A DNA stretch of 43,531 nucleotides from a virus (taxonomy: Duplodnaviria; Caudoviricetes), in IMG/VR virus record IMGVR_UViG_3300042923_000110, positions 1 to 43,531 of that record; one strand, written 5' to 3'. Under the pieces are notes generated by a model. That model searched no databases, was not told the DNA's origin, and worked only from the letters and a program-made list of their open reading frames with translations. The translations under genes and the position numbers were made by a program. Shown here in pieces: positions 1 through 6,318 of the stretch. Positions within the stretch are counted from its first letter, which is position 1. Every line of letters starts with the position of its first letter.

Positions 1-18
1 CAACTTGATATTAGGAGT

Positions 19-282
19 GTGTTTATTGTGCCAAGAAATAAAAGAGTAGCAAAAGAATTGAAAACTTATAATTTGAGGATTACGCCTACTGATTATGAGA
101 TCATACAACAACAAGCAGCAGCAAACGGTATACCAATGAATACACTGTTGCAAAAGATTATTGCGGACTTCACGAATAGCGAGGAAGTTACACCTAAAGA
201 GCAGAAGGTTTTGGACGAAATAAAAAGCCTCCCGCTTAAAAAGCGAAAGGCTATCATAAAAGAATTATCGGCTGACAATTAA
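19..282 (+). CDS. Arc/Mnt-like ribbon-helix-helix regulator, candidate immunity repressor (true start probably GTG at 28)
   Basis: KTYNLRITPTDYEIIQQQAAANGIPMNTLLQKII fits the RHH strand-helix-helix pattern; SD AGGAG at 13-17; divergent from the early lytic operon across the junction. Confidence 0.7.
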   Translation: MFIVPRNKRVAKELKTYNLRITPTDYEIIQQQAAANGIPMNTLLQKIIADFTNSEEVTPKEQKVLDEIKSLPLKKRKAIIKELSADN

Positions 283-444
283 TATGCATTCAAGTAACTT
301 ATTTACTTCAAACTCATTTAAAGAATCAATATCAATCTTACAATTTCGCAATTCTTTCAGTAATAAGATCAACTTCGGATTGTTTTTACAAACTTCCAAG
401 TTGATCTTATTTTTTTCTATACTCTCTCGTTCGTCCAGTTTCAT
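265..444 (-). CDS. Hypothetical 59-aa protein convergent on the RHH regulator
   Basis: Part of ORF 265..543; ATG at 444 lies downstream of an extended -10 TGGTATAAT (504-496); SD is weak. Confidence 0.45.
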   Translation of the reverse strand: MKLDERESIEKNKINLEVCKNNPKLILLLKELRNCKIDIDSLNEFEVNKLLECILIVSR

Positions 445-706
445 CAATTTACAACACCATCCTATGTTTATTAGTCGAACATCTGTTTGGTTTGTATTAT
501 ACCATATAACTTGTACTATTGCATCTAAAACTCCGATCACCAAAAATCCACTGGAAGATACCTCCGCTCGTTGCTACCCATAATCCCTATATTATGCAAA
601 CTAGCTATGAATTCCTTTGAATTCTATTTGAATACTTTTCAACAAATTCCGACAATTCAGGAGGGGTAAATATTATACAGTAGAAATGTGAAAAAAGTAT
701 GAAAGG

Positions 707-731
707 CAAAAAGAAAGACGGATTATCCGTC
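707..731 (-). terminator. Intrinsic terminator ending the accessory operon
   Basis: GACGG-N5-CCGTC hairpin followed on the minus strand by TTTCTTTTT. Confidence 0.6.
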
Positions 732-733
732 AA

Positions 734-988
734 TTATTCGCTTTGCTCTACCATATTATCAATAGTATCATTTAGTATATTAATTTCTTTCTGTAACTCT
801 TCCTTTTCAGCTTGATATGTCTTAATAAGTCCGTGCATCCATTGATTAGTAGATTCTAATTCAGCAACCTTCGCCCTCTATTCTCGGAGTGCTGATATTA
901 GTTCTAATACTAACTCCTTTCCTACATTATCAATAACTATTCCAGTTGAAAATTCTTCTTCAATCTCAGCCAATCGTTCATCTGTCAT
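734..988 (-). pseudogene. 85-codon coiled-coil gene interrupted by an in-frame TAG (880-878)
   Basis: Hand translation MTDERLAEIEEE...ISALRE*RAKVAELESTNQW...VEQSE; the frame continues to TAA just before the terminator. Confidence 0.6.
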
Positions 989-990
989 AA

Positions 991-1140
991 TTATTCGCGC
1001 TCCAATTCATCATATCCCATAGCTTCTATCCTAATGTTTACTAATTTTACAACAAGTTTCATATCTTCTGTGCTTAATCCTCTTGCTATCATTCTTTCAA
1101 TTAATTCATTTGCCGTCCAAGTTAAATCAAAACTATCCAT
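991..1140 (-). CDS. Hypothetical 49-aa phage protein
   Basis: Hand translation MDSFDLTWTANELIERMIARGLS...; SD GGAGG; coupled to its neighbours. Confidence 0.6.
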   Translation of the reverse strand: MDSFDLTWTANELIERMIARGLSTEDMKLVVKLVNIRIEAMGYDELERE

Positions 1141-1511
1141 TATCTACTCGCCTCCAGTGCTTCTTTAGCGTACCTATGAACAGTGTTAAATTCATTTGTA
1201 CTGTAATCGCGTTTTGATGTAGCATTAAATATAGTCTGCAACGCCTCACGTAACACTCGCTCCCTTTCATCCGCCTGTTCCAATTCTTTTTCTGCTCGTT
1301 GTTGATTTTCCTTTAGGTATGCAATATCCCTATTTGTTATGGCTTCAAAAGAAAAATCCCTTTTTACATCCAATAACGCTTGTATTTCTTTTTCTAACAC
1401 TCGCTCCCTGTCATGGGATTGCTTCACAAAATTAATCACTTCTTGCTGATCGTTTCCCGGTATCTCAAAATCGACATTTTCCAATATAAATAAAACATCT
1501 TTATACTTCAT
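1140..1511 (-). CDS. Hypothetical coiled-coil phage protein
   Basis: 123-aa ORF in a tightly packed operon. Confidence 0.7.
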   Translation of the reverse strand: MKYKDVLFILENVDFEIPGNDQQEVINFVKQSHDRERVLEKEIQALLDVKRDFSFEAITNRDIAYLKENQQRAEKELEQADERERVLREALQTIFNATSKRDYSTNEFNTVHRYAKEALEASR

Positions 1512-1769
1512 CTACTCCACCCCTTTCAGCTTGTCAAGTTCAGCAGCAAGCCAGCAATTAGTATTGTGACCATTTAATTCACCGCAAATTTGACATTCGT
1601 ATAATTCATTTCCTTCGCCATCATATCCACCTGGAACAACGCAAATTTCTTCCATGCGTTGAAGTAATAATCGTAGATTATATTTTAGCTGGGTGTTTTC
1701 TTGCTGTAACTCTTTCTTTCCGTCTATAAAGCCTTGCTTATACGCATTCATCGTTTCTTGTATGTTCAT
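1512..1769 (-). CDS. Hypothetical protein with Cys/His zinc-binding motif
   Basis: CQICG...HNTNC; ATGA overlap with the upstream gene. Confidence 0.7.
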   Translation of the reverse strand: MNIQETMNAYKQGFIDGKKELQQENTQLKYNLRLLLQRMEEICVVPGGYDGEGNELYECQICGELNGHNTNCWLAAELDKLKGVE

Positions 1770-2188
1770 TTCCCAACCTCCATTACAGCTAACAAGGCAG
1801 CCTTACAGATTGCGTGTGGTGCTGTTTCACATTCTACATGTTCTATTTCATCTTCAAAAATTTCACTATAGCCGTCCACCATATAGCAATTAGAAGCTGT
1901 ATGTATGTCCGAGTATATTTTATAGTCTTTCATCTTTTCAACAACTTCCCACGCTGCTGCAATGTCGGTACTGTAATTCCGTAATTTATGACCATACGCA
2001 TTGTTCTCAGGTCTTAAGTTAGGTGGATACCAACTTTTAATTAAGTTACTGAACGTCCATCCCATTACCTTTTTAGCGACTAGTGCATCCAATTCTCTAC
2101 CCGGCACCATAGCCATAATTTCATCTCTAATTTGCTCTTTTAAAAGTCTATCTTCATTTAACTGTACTTCTTCCCATGAGCTTTTCAT
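1766..2188 (-). CDS. Phage ABA-sandwich domain protein (BC1872-like)
   Basis: GRELDALVAKKVMGW...YSTDIAAAWEVVEKM...TAPHAICKAALLAV. Confidence 0.75.
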   Translation of the reverse strand: MKSSWEEVQLNEDRLLKEQIRDEIMAMVPGRELDALVAKKVMGWTFSNLIKSWYPPNLRPENNAYGHKLRNYSTDIAAAWEVVEKMKDYKIYSDIHTASNCYMVDGYSEIFEDEIEHVECETAPHAICKAALLAVMEVGK

Positions 2189-2340
2189 TGTGTGTCCTCC
2201 AATAAACGATTTATTACGCTTTCATAAGTTATTCTCATAACCATATTGTATGTATCTGCACAATTATTTTCGTCTATTCCACGGATGTACAAGTCATGTT
2301 TCAGTTTATCAACCATTTGCTGGATTTGCTCTCTATTCAT
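2185..2340 (-). CDS. Hypothetical 51-aa protein
   Basis: Hand translation MNREQIQQMVDKLKHDLYIRG...; SD GGAGG; ATGA overlap with the next gene. Confidence 0.6.
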   Translation of the reverse strand: MNREQIQQMVDKLKHDLYIRGIDENNCADTYNMVMRITYESVINRLLEDTQ

Positions 2341-2341
2341 G

Positions 2342-2596
2342 CTAATCCTCCACCTTTTTAGCAAATTTTAATAATTTTTCAAGCGTTGGAGCAGCTATGT
2401 GATATGATCCTATAGGAGTTTCAGGATACCATTGCAACGTCCATATTTCATTAGTATCTCTTGCTTCTTGCTTTGCTTCTTCGTTTTCCCAATCAACAAG
2501 CTGTTGATCCATTATCTCTTCTTCTGCTGTTTTATAAAAATCTTTATGCCTATTGTGAGTTAAATACAATCCGCACTTATGTTTAGGTAATTTCAT
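2342..2596 (-). CDS. Hypothetical phage protein
   Basis: 84-aa ORF with SD GGGAGG. Confidence 0.7.
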   Translation of the reverse strand: MKLPKHKCGLYLTHNRHKDFYKTAEEEIMDQQLVDWENEEAKQEARDTNEIWTLQWYPETPIGSYHIAAPTLEKLLKFAKKVED

Positions 2597-2608
2597 TGCC
2601 CATCCTCC

Positions 2609-2893
2609 CTATTCTTCTTCGAAATACTCTTTCCATTCTGCACCAAAACATTCTTTATAATCACTTAGTTCTTCGTCATTGCTTTCTATAATGTCGTTTA
2701 ATTCAATAGCTATGAATCTTCTTTGTAAACGTACATCAAGTCCACCTTCATCTAAATTGTGTTCTCCTATGATCCCTACAAATTCATTAAGGTCATCAAA
2801 ATATACAGTTGTCCAAGCAGCTATTCTATTTTTTTCTCTGTATAAATGACACTCATTATTCATTAGAAAGTGATATAGTTTCTTACTGTTCAT
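2609..2893 (-). CDS. Hypothetical acidic phage protein (start MNSKKL)
   Basis: Internal ATG of ORF 2609..2968 with SD GGGAGG. Confidence 0.7.
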   Translation of the reverse strand: MNSKKLYHFLMNNECHLYREKNRIAAWTTVYFDDLNEFVGIIGEHNLDEGGLDVRLQRRFIAIELNDIIESNDEELSDYKECFGAEWKEYFEEE

Positions 2894-2897
2894 AATG

Positions 2898-3086
2898 TTA
2901 ATCCTCCCTATTTGGACTTTCTGGTAATGGCATCCAGTGAGATATTTCCTCAATATCAAAATCGCCAATTCTCCAAGTTCCCCAATCGTTTATATATTTA
3001 TCAATAAAAACTTCTCCAATAAAATTACAAACGATAACTTCTTGATCTTCTTCTGGAAGACGATCATTAACATTAATCCATTTCAT
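2898..3086 (-). CDS. DUF551-family protein
   Basis: MKWINVNDRLPE...ISHWMPLPESP signature. Confidence 0.85.
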   Translation of the reverse strand: MKWINVNDRLPEEDQEVIVCNFIGEVFIDKYINDWGTWRIGDFDIEEISHWMPLPESPNRED

Positions 3087-3123
3087 ATACTTTCCTCCTT
3101 ATTCCTACTGTTTGGCTAATCCA

Positions 3124-3294
3124 TTATTCTTCCCAATAACTCATTTCATCTTCTATAGCTTCAATAAGCTCTTCAACTGTAACATGGTCATCTTCTTCAA
3201 ATTGTTCTGCAAAGCATTTAAAGTTTTCACTAATACTATCTGTTTTGTTTAATATTTCGAGCAATTCTAAAAGTCTTAATATTTCTTTGTTCAT
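3124..3294 (-). CDS. Hypothetical acidic 56-aa protein flanked by 12-bp direct repeats
   Basis: Hand translation MNKEILRLLELLEIL...EMSYWEE; SD AAGGAG upstream. Confidence 0.55.
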   Translation of the reverse strand: MNKEILRLLELLEILNKTDSISENFKCFAEQFEEDDHVTVEELIEAIEDEMSYWEE

Positions 3295-3334
3295 TATTCA
3301 TCATTCTCCTTTTTACTGTTTGGCTGGTTGGTGG

Positions 3335-3487
3335 TTAATTATTAACTTTCGGTTTAATTTTACCTAAAACTTTTCTTATTGCGTAAACGCTGACATTATA
3401 TTTCTTAGCTAAATTATCCAAAGAAGACCATGTAGTACTATAAGTTGTTTTGATTTCTTCTATTTCTTCGTTAGTAAGTTTGCTCAC
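3335..3487 (-). CDS. Small HTH-like protein (50 aa)
   Basis: Hand translation MSKLTNEEIEEIK...LAKKYNVSVYAIRKVL; GTGA overlap with the upstream gene. Confidence 0.6.
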   Translation of the reverse strand: MSKLTNEEIEEIKTTYSTTWSSLDNLAKKYNVSVYAIRKVLGKIKPKVNN

Positions 3488-3636
3488 TTTTCATTCTCCT
3501 TTATTAATTTTTCTACTTGAACTCTCAACCACGCTGACGGACTATATCCAAGCTTCTTGCACACTTCTTTAAATTTCCTCCTAGTGCTTTGCGGTGCAAT
3601 AAACTGAATATGAACGTCTTTGTCTTTTTCTTCCAC
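3484..3636 (-). CDS. CopG-like RHH regulator heading the accessory operon
   Basis: HIQFIAPQSTRRKFKEVCKKLGYSPSAWLRVQVEKLI; GTG start with SD GAGGTG. Confidence 0.7.
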   Translation of the reverse strand: MEEKDKDVHIQFIAPQSTRRKFKEVCKKLGYSPSAWLRVQVEKLIKENEK

Positions 3637-3655
3637 CTTATCACCTCTTAAGAGT

Positions 3656-3685
3656 ATTTTATCATGATTTATCATGATTTGTAAA
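3656..3685 (-). promoter_or_regulatory. sigma-A-type promoter with tandem palindromic operator
   Basis: TTTACA-18-TAAAAT; ATCATGAT at 3661-3668 and 3671-3678 fills the spacer. Confidence 0.6.
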
Positions 3686-3712
3686 GTAAAAAAATAGGGT
3701 ATTTCTACCCAA

Positions 3713-3778
3713 TTAATATATATTTATAATTAGTTTAAAATGTGTTATAAATAGGTTTTAAACTAATTTAATATACCT
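3713..3778. repeat. Six degenerate 11-bp repeats (candidate parS array 3)
   Basis: ttaatatatat ttataattagt ttaaaatgtgt tataaataggt tttaaactaat ttaatatacct. Confidence 0.6.
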
Positions 3779-4062
3779 TCCTTATGTAGCAACTGTTTAA
3801 CCAATGTTGAGAAGGGAACAGGTATTGAATTGCAGTATTCATCTATAGCGATAGATTGAGTGTTATTAAAATATACTACCTTTGTAATTTCAGCTTTGAC
3901 ATCTTTCCTTTTTCTTCCGGCTTTATTTTTAGGCTTTGATTTTGTTGGTGTCATATTTGCGCCTTTTAGGAAGTCTTTTTCTTTACTCTCTCTTTTGTTA
4001 TCATCAATTTTATTTACACCAACGTCTTCGAAACTCATAAAATCATCATCATTTTTAGGCAT
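3763..4062 (-). CDS. Centromere-binding partner of ParA (ParG/omega-like, C-terminal RHH)
   Basis: Directly downstream of parA; charged flexible N-terminus, then KVVYFNNTQSIAIDEYCNSIPVPFSTLVKQLL. Confidence 0.7.
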   Translation of the reverse strand: MPKNDDDFMSFEDVGVNKIDDNKRESKEKDFLKGANMTPTKSKPKNKAGRKRKDVKAEITKVVYFNNTQSIAIDEYCNSIPVPFSTLVKQLLHKEGILN

Positions 4063-4075
4063 GTATTGCACCTCT

Positions 4076-4141
4076 TTAAAATGTATTTATAATATATTCA
4101 ATATGCTTTTTTAATCAGTTTAATATGTATTTTAAATATAT
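4076..4141. repeat. Six degenerate 11-bp repeats (candidate parS array 2)
   Basis: ttaaaatgtat ttataatatat tcaatatgctt ttttaatcagt ttaatatgtat tttaaatatat. Confidence 0.65.
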
Positions 4142-4764
4142 GTTCTAATCTCACGAACAAGATCGTTTATTTCATCGGCTGCCTTACCATCTTTATCTAA
4201 TTCAATAACACTTACACCTTTCGCATAGGCGGTTTTGTAGTCCTTGCGATGATGTAATACTGTACTCATTAAATTCAAATATCTCTTGTTATTCCTTACA
4301 AATAACTTTAACTTTCTAATATCTCCTTGACTTCTTGCATCGGCATTATTAATAACAACGTTTGTTTGTACAGTGGTCTCAAATTGTAAGCTTGCCTGTC
4401 TAAGTGTCCCTTCGAACGTCTGTAAGCCGAAAAGCTCCACTTGCGATGGAGACACAGGGGTAATGATAAAATCTGCCCATATCATCGCTAAACGATTAAT
4501 AGTGCTATCGTAACCACCGGAGTCAACAACTAATATTTCTTTATTATCGCGATACTGCTTAAATATCTCTTTTGCTTCATCGTCACTGCTTACTGTAAGA
4601 CAATTTAAAGGTGTATGTCCTTTTGATTTTCTTATCTTATTAAATAATACAACAGAATTTAGATTATCAAGGTCGAGAATGTCAGCCTTTAAACTAATAC
4701 CAAGATTGATTGCTATTGTGCTTTTACCTACTCCTCCTTTTTCATGTGCCACATTAATAATCAT
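4132..4764 (-). CDS. parA: ParA/ParF-family Walker-A partition ATPase (short, type Ib)
   Basis: Deviant Walker A HEKGGVGKST, VVDSGG, ADFIITPV; no N-terminal HTH; SD AAGGAG before ATG 4764. Confidence 0.93.
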   Translation of the reverse strand: MIINVAHEKGGVGKSTIAINLGISLKADILDLDNLNSVVLFNKIRKSKGHTPLNCLTVSSDDEAKEIFKQYRDNKEILVVDSGGYDSTINRLAMIWADFIITPVSPSQVELFGLQTFEGTLRQASLQFETTVQTNVVINNADARSQGDIRKLKLFVRNNKRYLNLMSTVLHHRKDYKTAYAKGVSVIELDKDGKAADEINDLVREIRTYI

Positions 4765-4777
4765 TTTACGCACTCCT

Positions 4778-4832
4778 TTTAAATACATTTAAAATTAGTT
4801 GAAAATGTATTCTATATTAATTTCAAATGCAT
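4778..4832. repeat. Five degenerate 11-bp repeats overlapping the parA leader (candidate parS array 1/operator)
   Basis: tttaaatacat ttaaaattagt tgaaaatgtat tctatattaat ttcaaatgcat. Confidence 0.65.
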
Positions 4833-4858
4833 TCGCCAAAGAATTCAAAATCTCCTGC
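4831..4858 (-). promoter_or_regulatory. sigma-H-like promoter for parA
   Basis: GCAGGAGAT-12-GGCGAAT versus the B. subtilis sigH consensus RNAGGAWWW-N11/12-RNNGAAT. Confidence 0.5.
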
Positions 4859-4900
4859 AAATAAAAATAAGCCTGCACTAGCGGTTAGGCTGTACAGGCT
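4859..4900 (-). terminator. Intrinsic terminator insulating par from the upstream gene
   Basis: AGCCTGTAC...GTGCAGGCT followed by TATTTTTATTT. Confidence 0.7.
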
Positions 4901-4911
4901 TGGAGCGATGT

Positions 4912-5082
4912 TTATTCATTAACTATTTTAACATTATTCCATTTTACAAGTTTATCTTCTAATCCTTCTGCTTTTATTACTTCAATCCCTTGGTTGTATA
5001 TAGCCAGTCCAATTGCTTTTTCTATCCCGGGGAGATTCATCACATTCAACATAAATGATTGTCTTTTTTCATTCTTAGTCAT
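4912..5082 (-). CDS. Monocistronic hypothetical 56-aa protein
   Basis: SD GGGTG before ATG 5082; has its own promoter and terminator. Confidence 0.65.
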   Translation of the reverse strand: MTKNEKRQSFMLNVMNLPGIEKAIGLAIYNQGIEVIKAEGLEDKLVKWNNVKIVNE

Positions 5083-5113
5083 AATATCACCCATTTCTTA
5101 ACATTTTATGGTA

Positions 5114-5143
5114 ATTATATGTTGTTAATTGATAGATTGTCAA
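5114..5143 (-). promoter_or_regulatory. Consensus sigma-A promoter
   Basis: TTGACA-18-TATAAT. Confidence 0.7.
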
Positions 5144-5182
5144 TAATAAGTGTTGACTTACGATCTAGGATATTATACATCA

Positions 5183-5645
5183 GGTCACTGGTTTTCGAGC
5201 ATAACTTGCCTAAATCCCTGTTAGGGAAGCAGGCAAGTGTGACTGCATCAGTATAACTTGGTATCATATGCACCTGTAGTTTTAACACAGTATAGCCATC
5301 ACCATGCCCTCTGGCACTATGTATTTAGTCACGTCTTTTCAGACATAGGTATCCATTGATTAGTTATAATCAATTGCCCAATTCTTTTCTGCCATGACAG
5401 AAGGTGATTAAACCTATGTTGAAACACAACCAATCTCACATGGATGCTACAGGACATTTAAACTGGTTGTGGCGTACTTAGCGTACTTATCTACCGCAGT
5501 AGTTGCTCTTTCCCCAAAGGAAAGTATACCCCTCTTGGCAGGTATCAGTTTGTCCCACTTGCTAACGCAGGTTTCAGTGTTTATCGGCTGTATTCGGTAG
5601 CCTAGACGTTGTGTTACCGTCTATCCGAACGTTAAAAATCCAATA
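5183..5645. ncRNA. Large structured non-coding domain (RNA or ssDNA; strand unresolved)
   Basis: No credible ORF; visibly more G+C-rich than the flanks; about ten hairpins and nested long-range helices found by hand. Confidence 0.55.
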
Positions 5646-5646
5646 T

Positions 5647-5678
5647 AAAAAGGACATTAACGTTTAACGTTATGTCCC
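5647..5678 (-). terminator. Intrinsic terminator acting as a probable attenuator
   Basis: GGGACATAACG-TTAAA-CGTTAATGTCC then TTTTT; its 5' arm can alternatively pair with 5783-5771. Confidence 0.7.
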
Positions 5679-5711
5679 GCTAATTCTCAAATATAAATTT
5701 TACAAAAATAC

Positions 5712-5741
5712 TTGCACTATATACCGCAAATATGGTATTAT
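5712..5741 (+). promoter_or_regulatory. Promoter of the small antisense RNA
   Basis: TTGCAC-18-TATTAT with TGn extension. Confidence 0.65.
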
Positions 5742-5747
5742 ATGTTC

Positions 5748-5861
5748 AAGTTCTTGCTCAATCTGTTCGAGAGATTAGCGAGAAGAATTAAAAACTGCTG
5801 ATTACAGTTATAATTCCGTTATGTACCTGTAGGCTTAATTGCTTGCAGGTATGTTTCGTTT
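5748..5861 (+). ncRNA. ~110-nt three-stem-loop antisense (countertranscript) RNA
   Basis: SL1 5751-5784, SL2 5785-5816, SL3/terminator 5821-5861; the G-U pairs in SL1 and SL3 form only on the + strand; no ORF. Confidence 0.7.
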
Positions 5862-5866
5862 ATAAG

Positions 5867-5895
5867 ATTATATCAAATTATTGTGCAATTTGCAA
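5867..5895 (-). promoter_or_regulatory. Promoter of the long sense leader RNA
   Basis: TTGCAA-17-TATAAT with TGn extension; predicted start near 5860 coincides with the 3' end of the antisense RNA. Confidence 0.7.
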
Positions 5896-5939
5896 GAAAA
5901 ATTTGCATATTTTAACACAATTACGCAAAAACTATATAG

Positions 5940-5948
5940 TTATCCACA
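5940..5948 (+). promoter_or_regulatory. Perfect DnaA box
   Basis: TTATCCACA. Confidence 0.6.
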
Positions 5949-5952
5949 AATA

Positions 5953-5998
5953 GAAAAACCCGCCTCACTCAAATGAGAGCAAGGCGGGTTTTTTATTT
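5953..5998. terminator. Bidirectional intrinsic terminator
   Basis: AAAAACCCGCCT...AGGCGGGTTTTTT. Confidence 0.8.
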
Positions 5999-6044
5999 AA
6001 TTTTGGTAATACTAATAATTAAATTAATAGTGGAGGGATAAATA

Positions 6045-6266
6045 ATGAAAATAACATGTCCAAAATGCAAAGCTAATTCTAAAGATATTGAAATGACAGC
6101 AAACATTTCTTTTATACCAGTAATATATAATGAAAATATTGATGAATTTAAAGTGTCAACTCCGCTGTCTCACGATGTAGAAGAAGTAAACTGCAAATGT
6201 GTAAATTGCGGTAATACATGGATGTGGAAAGCGTATAGAAGGAATATGTATATAAGGTCAGTTTAG
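6045..6266 (+). CDS. Zinc-ribbon protein (moron-like)
   Basis: CPKC...CVNC; SD GGAGG; opposite strand to the late operon. Confidence 0.75.
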   Translation: MKITCPKCKANSKDIEMTANISFIPVIYNENIDEFKVSTPLSHDVEEVNCKCVNCGNTWMWKAYRRNMYIRSV

Positions 6267-6270
6267 AAAC

Positions 6271-6310
6271 AAAAAGCCTCCACCAATTACGGTAGAGGCT
6301 AATTTTATTT
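6271..6310. terminator. Bidirectional terminator between convergent genes
   Basis: AAAAAGCCTC-ACC...GGT-GAGGCT-AATTTT. Confidence 0.7.
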
Positions 6311-6318
6311 ATAAGTTA

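Noticed and set aside
3713-4832. CRISPR or guide-RNA array
   Set aside because: Units are contiguous degenerate 11-mers without spacers; no cas-like gene in the window
5059-5256. 65-aa plus-strand ORF as a Rep for the non-coding region
   Set aside because: TTG start without SD, overlaps a real gene and its promoter, no Rep-like motif
5647-5861. Type I toxin-antitoxin reading of the sense/antisense pair
   Set aside because: The ~215-nt minus transcript has no SD-led small hydrophobic ORF
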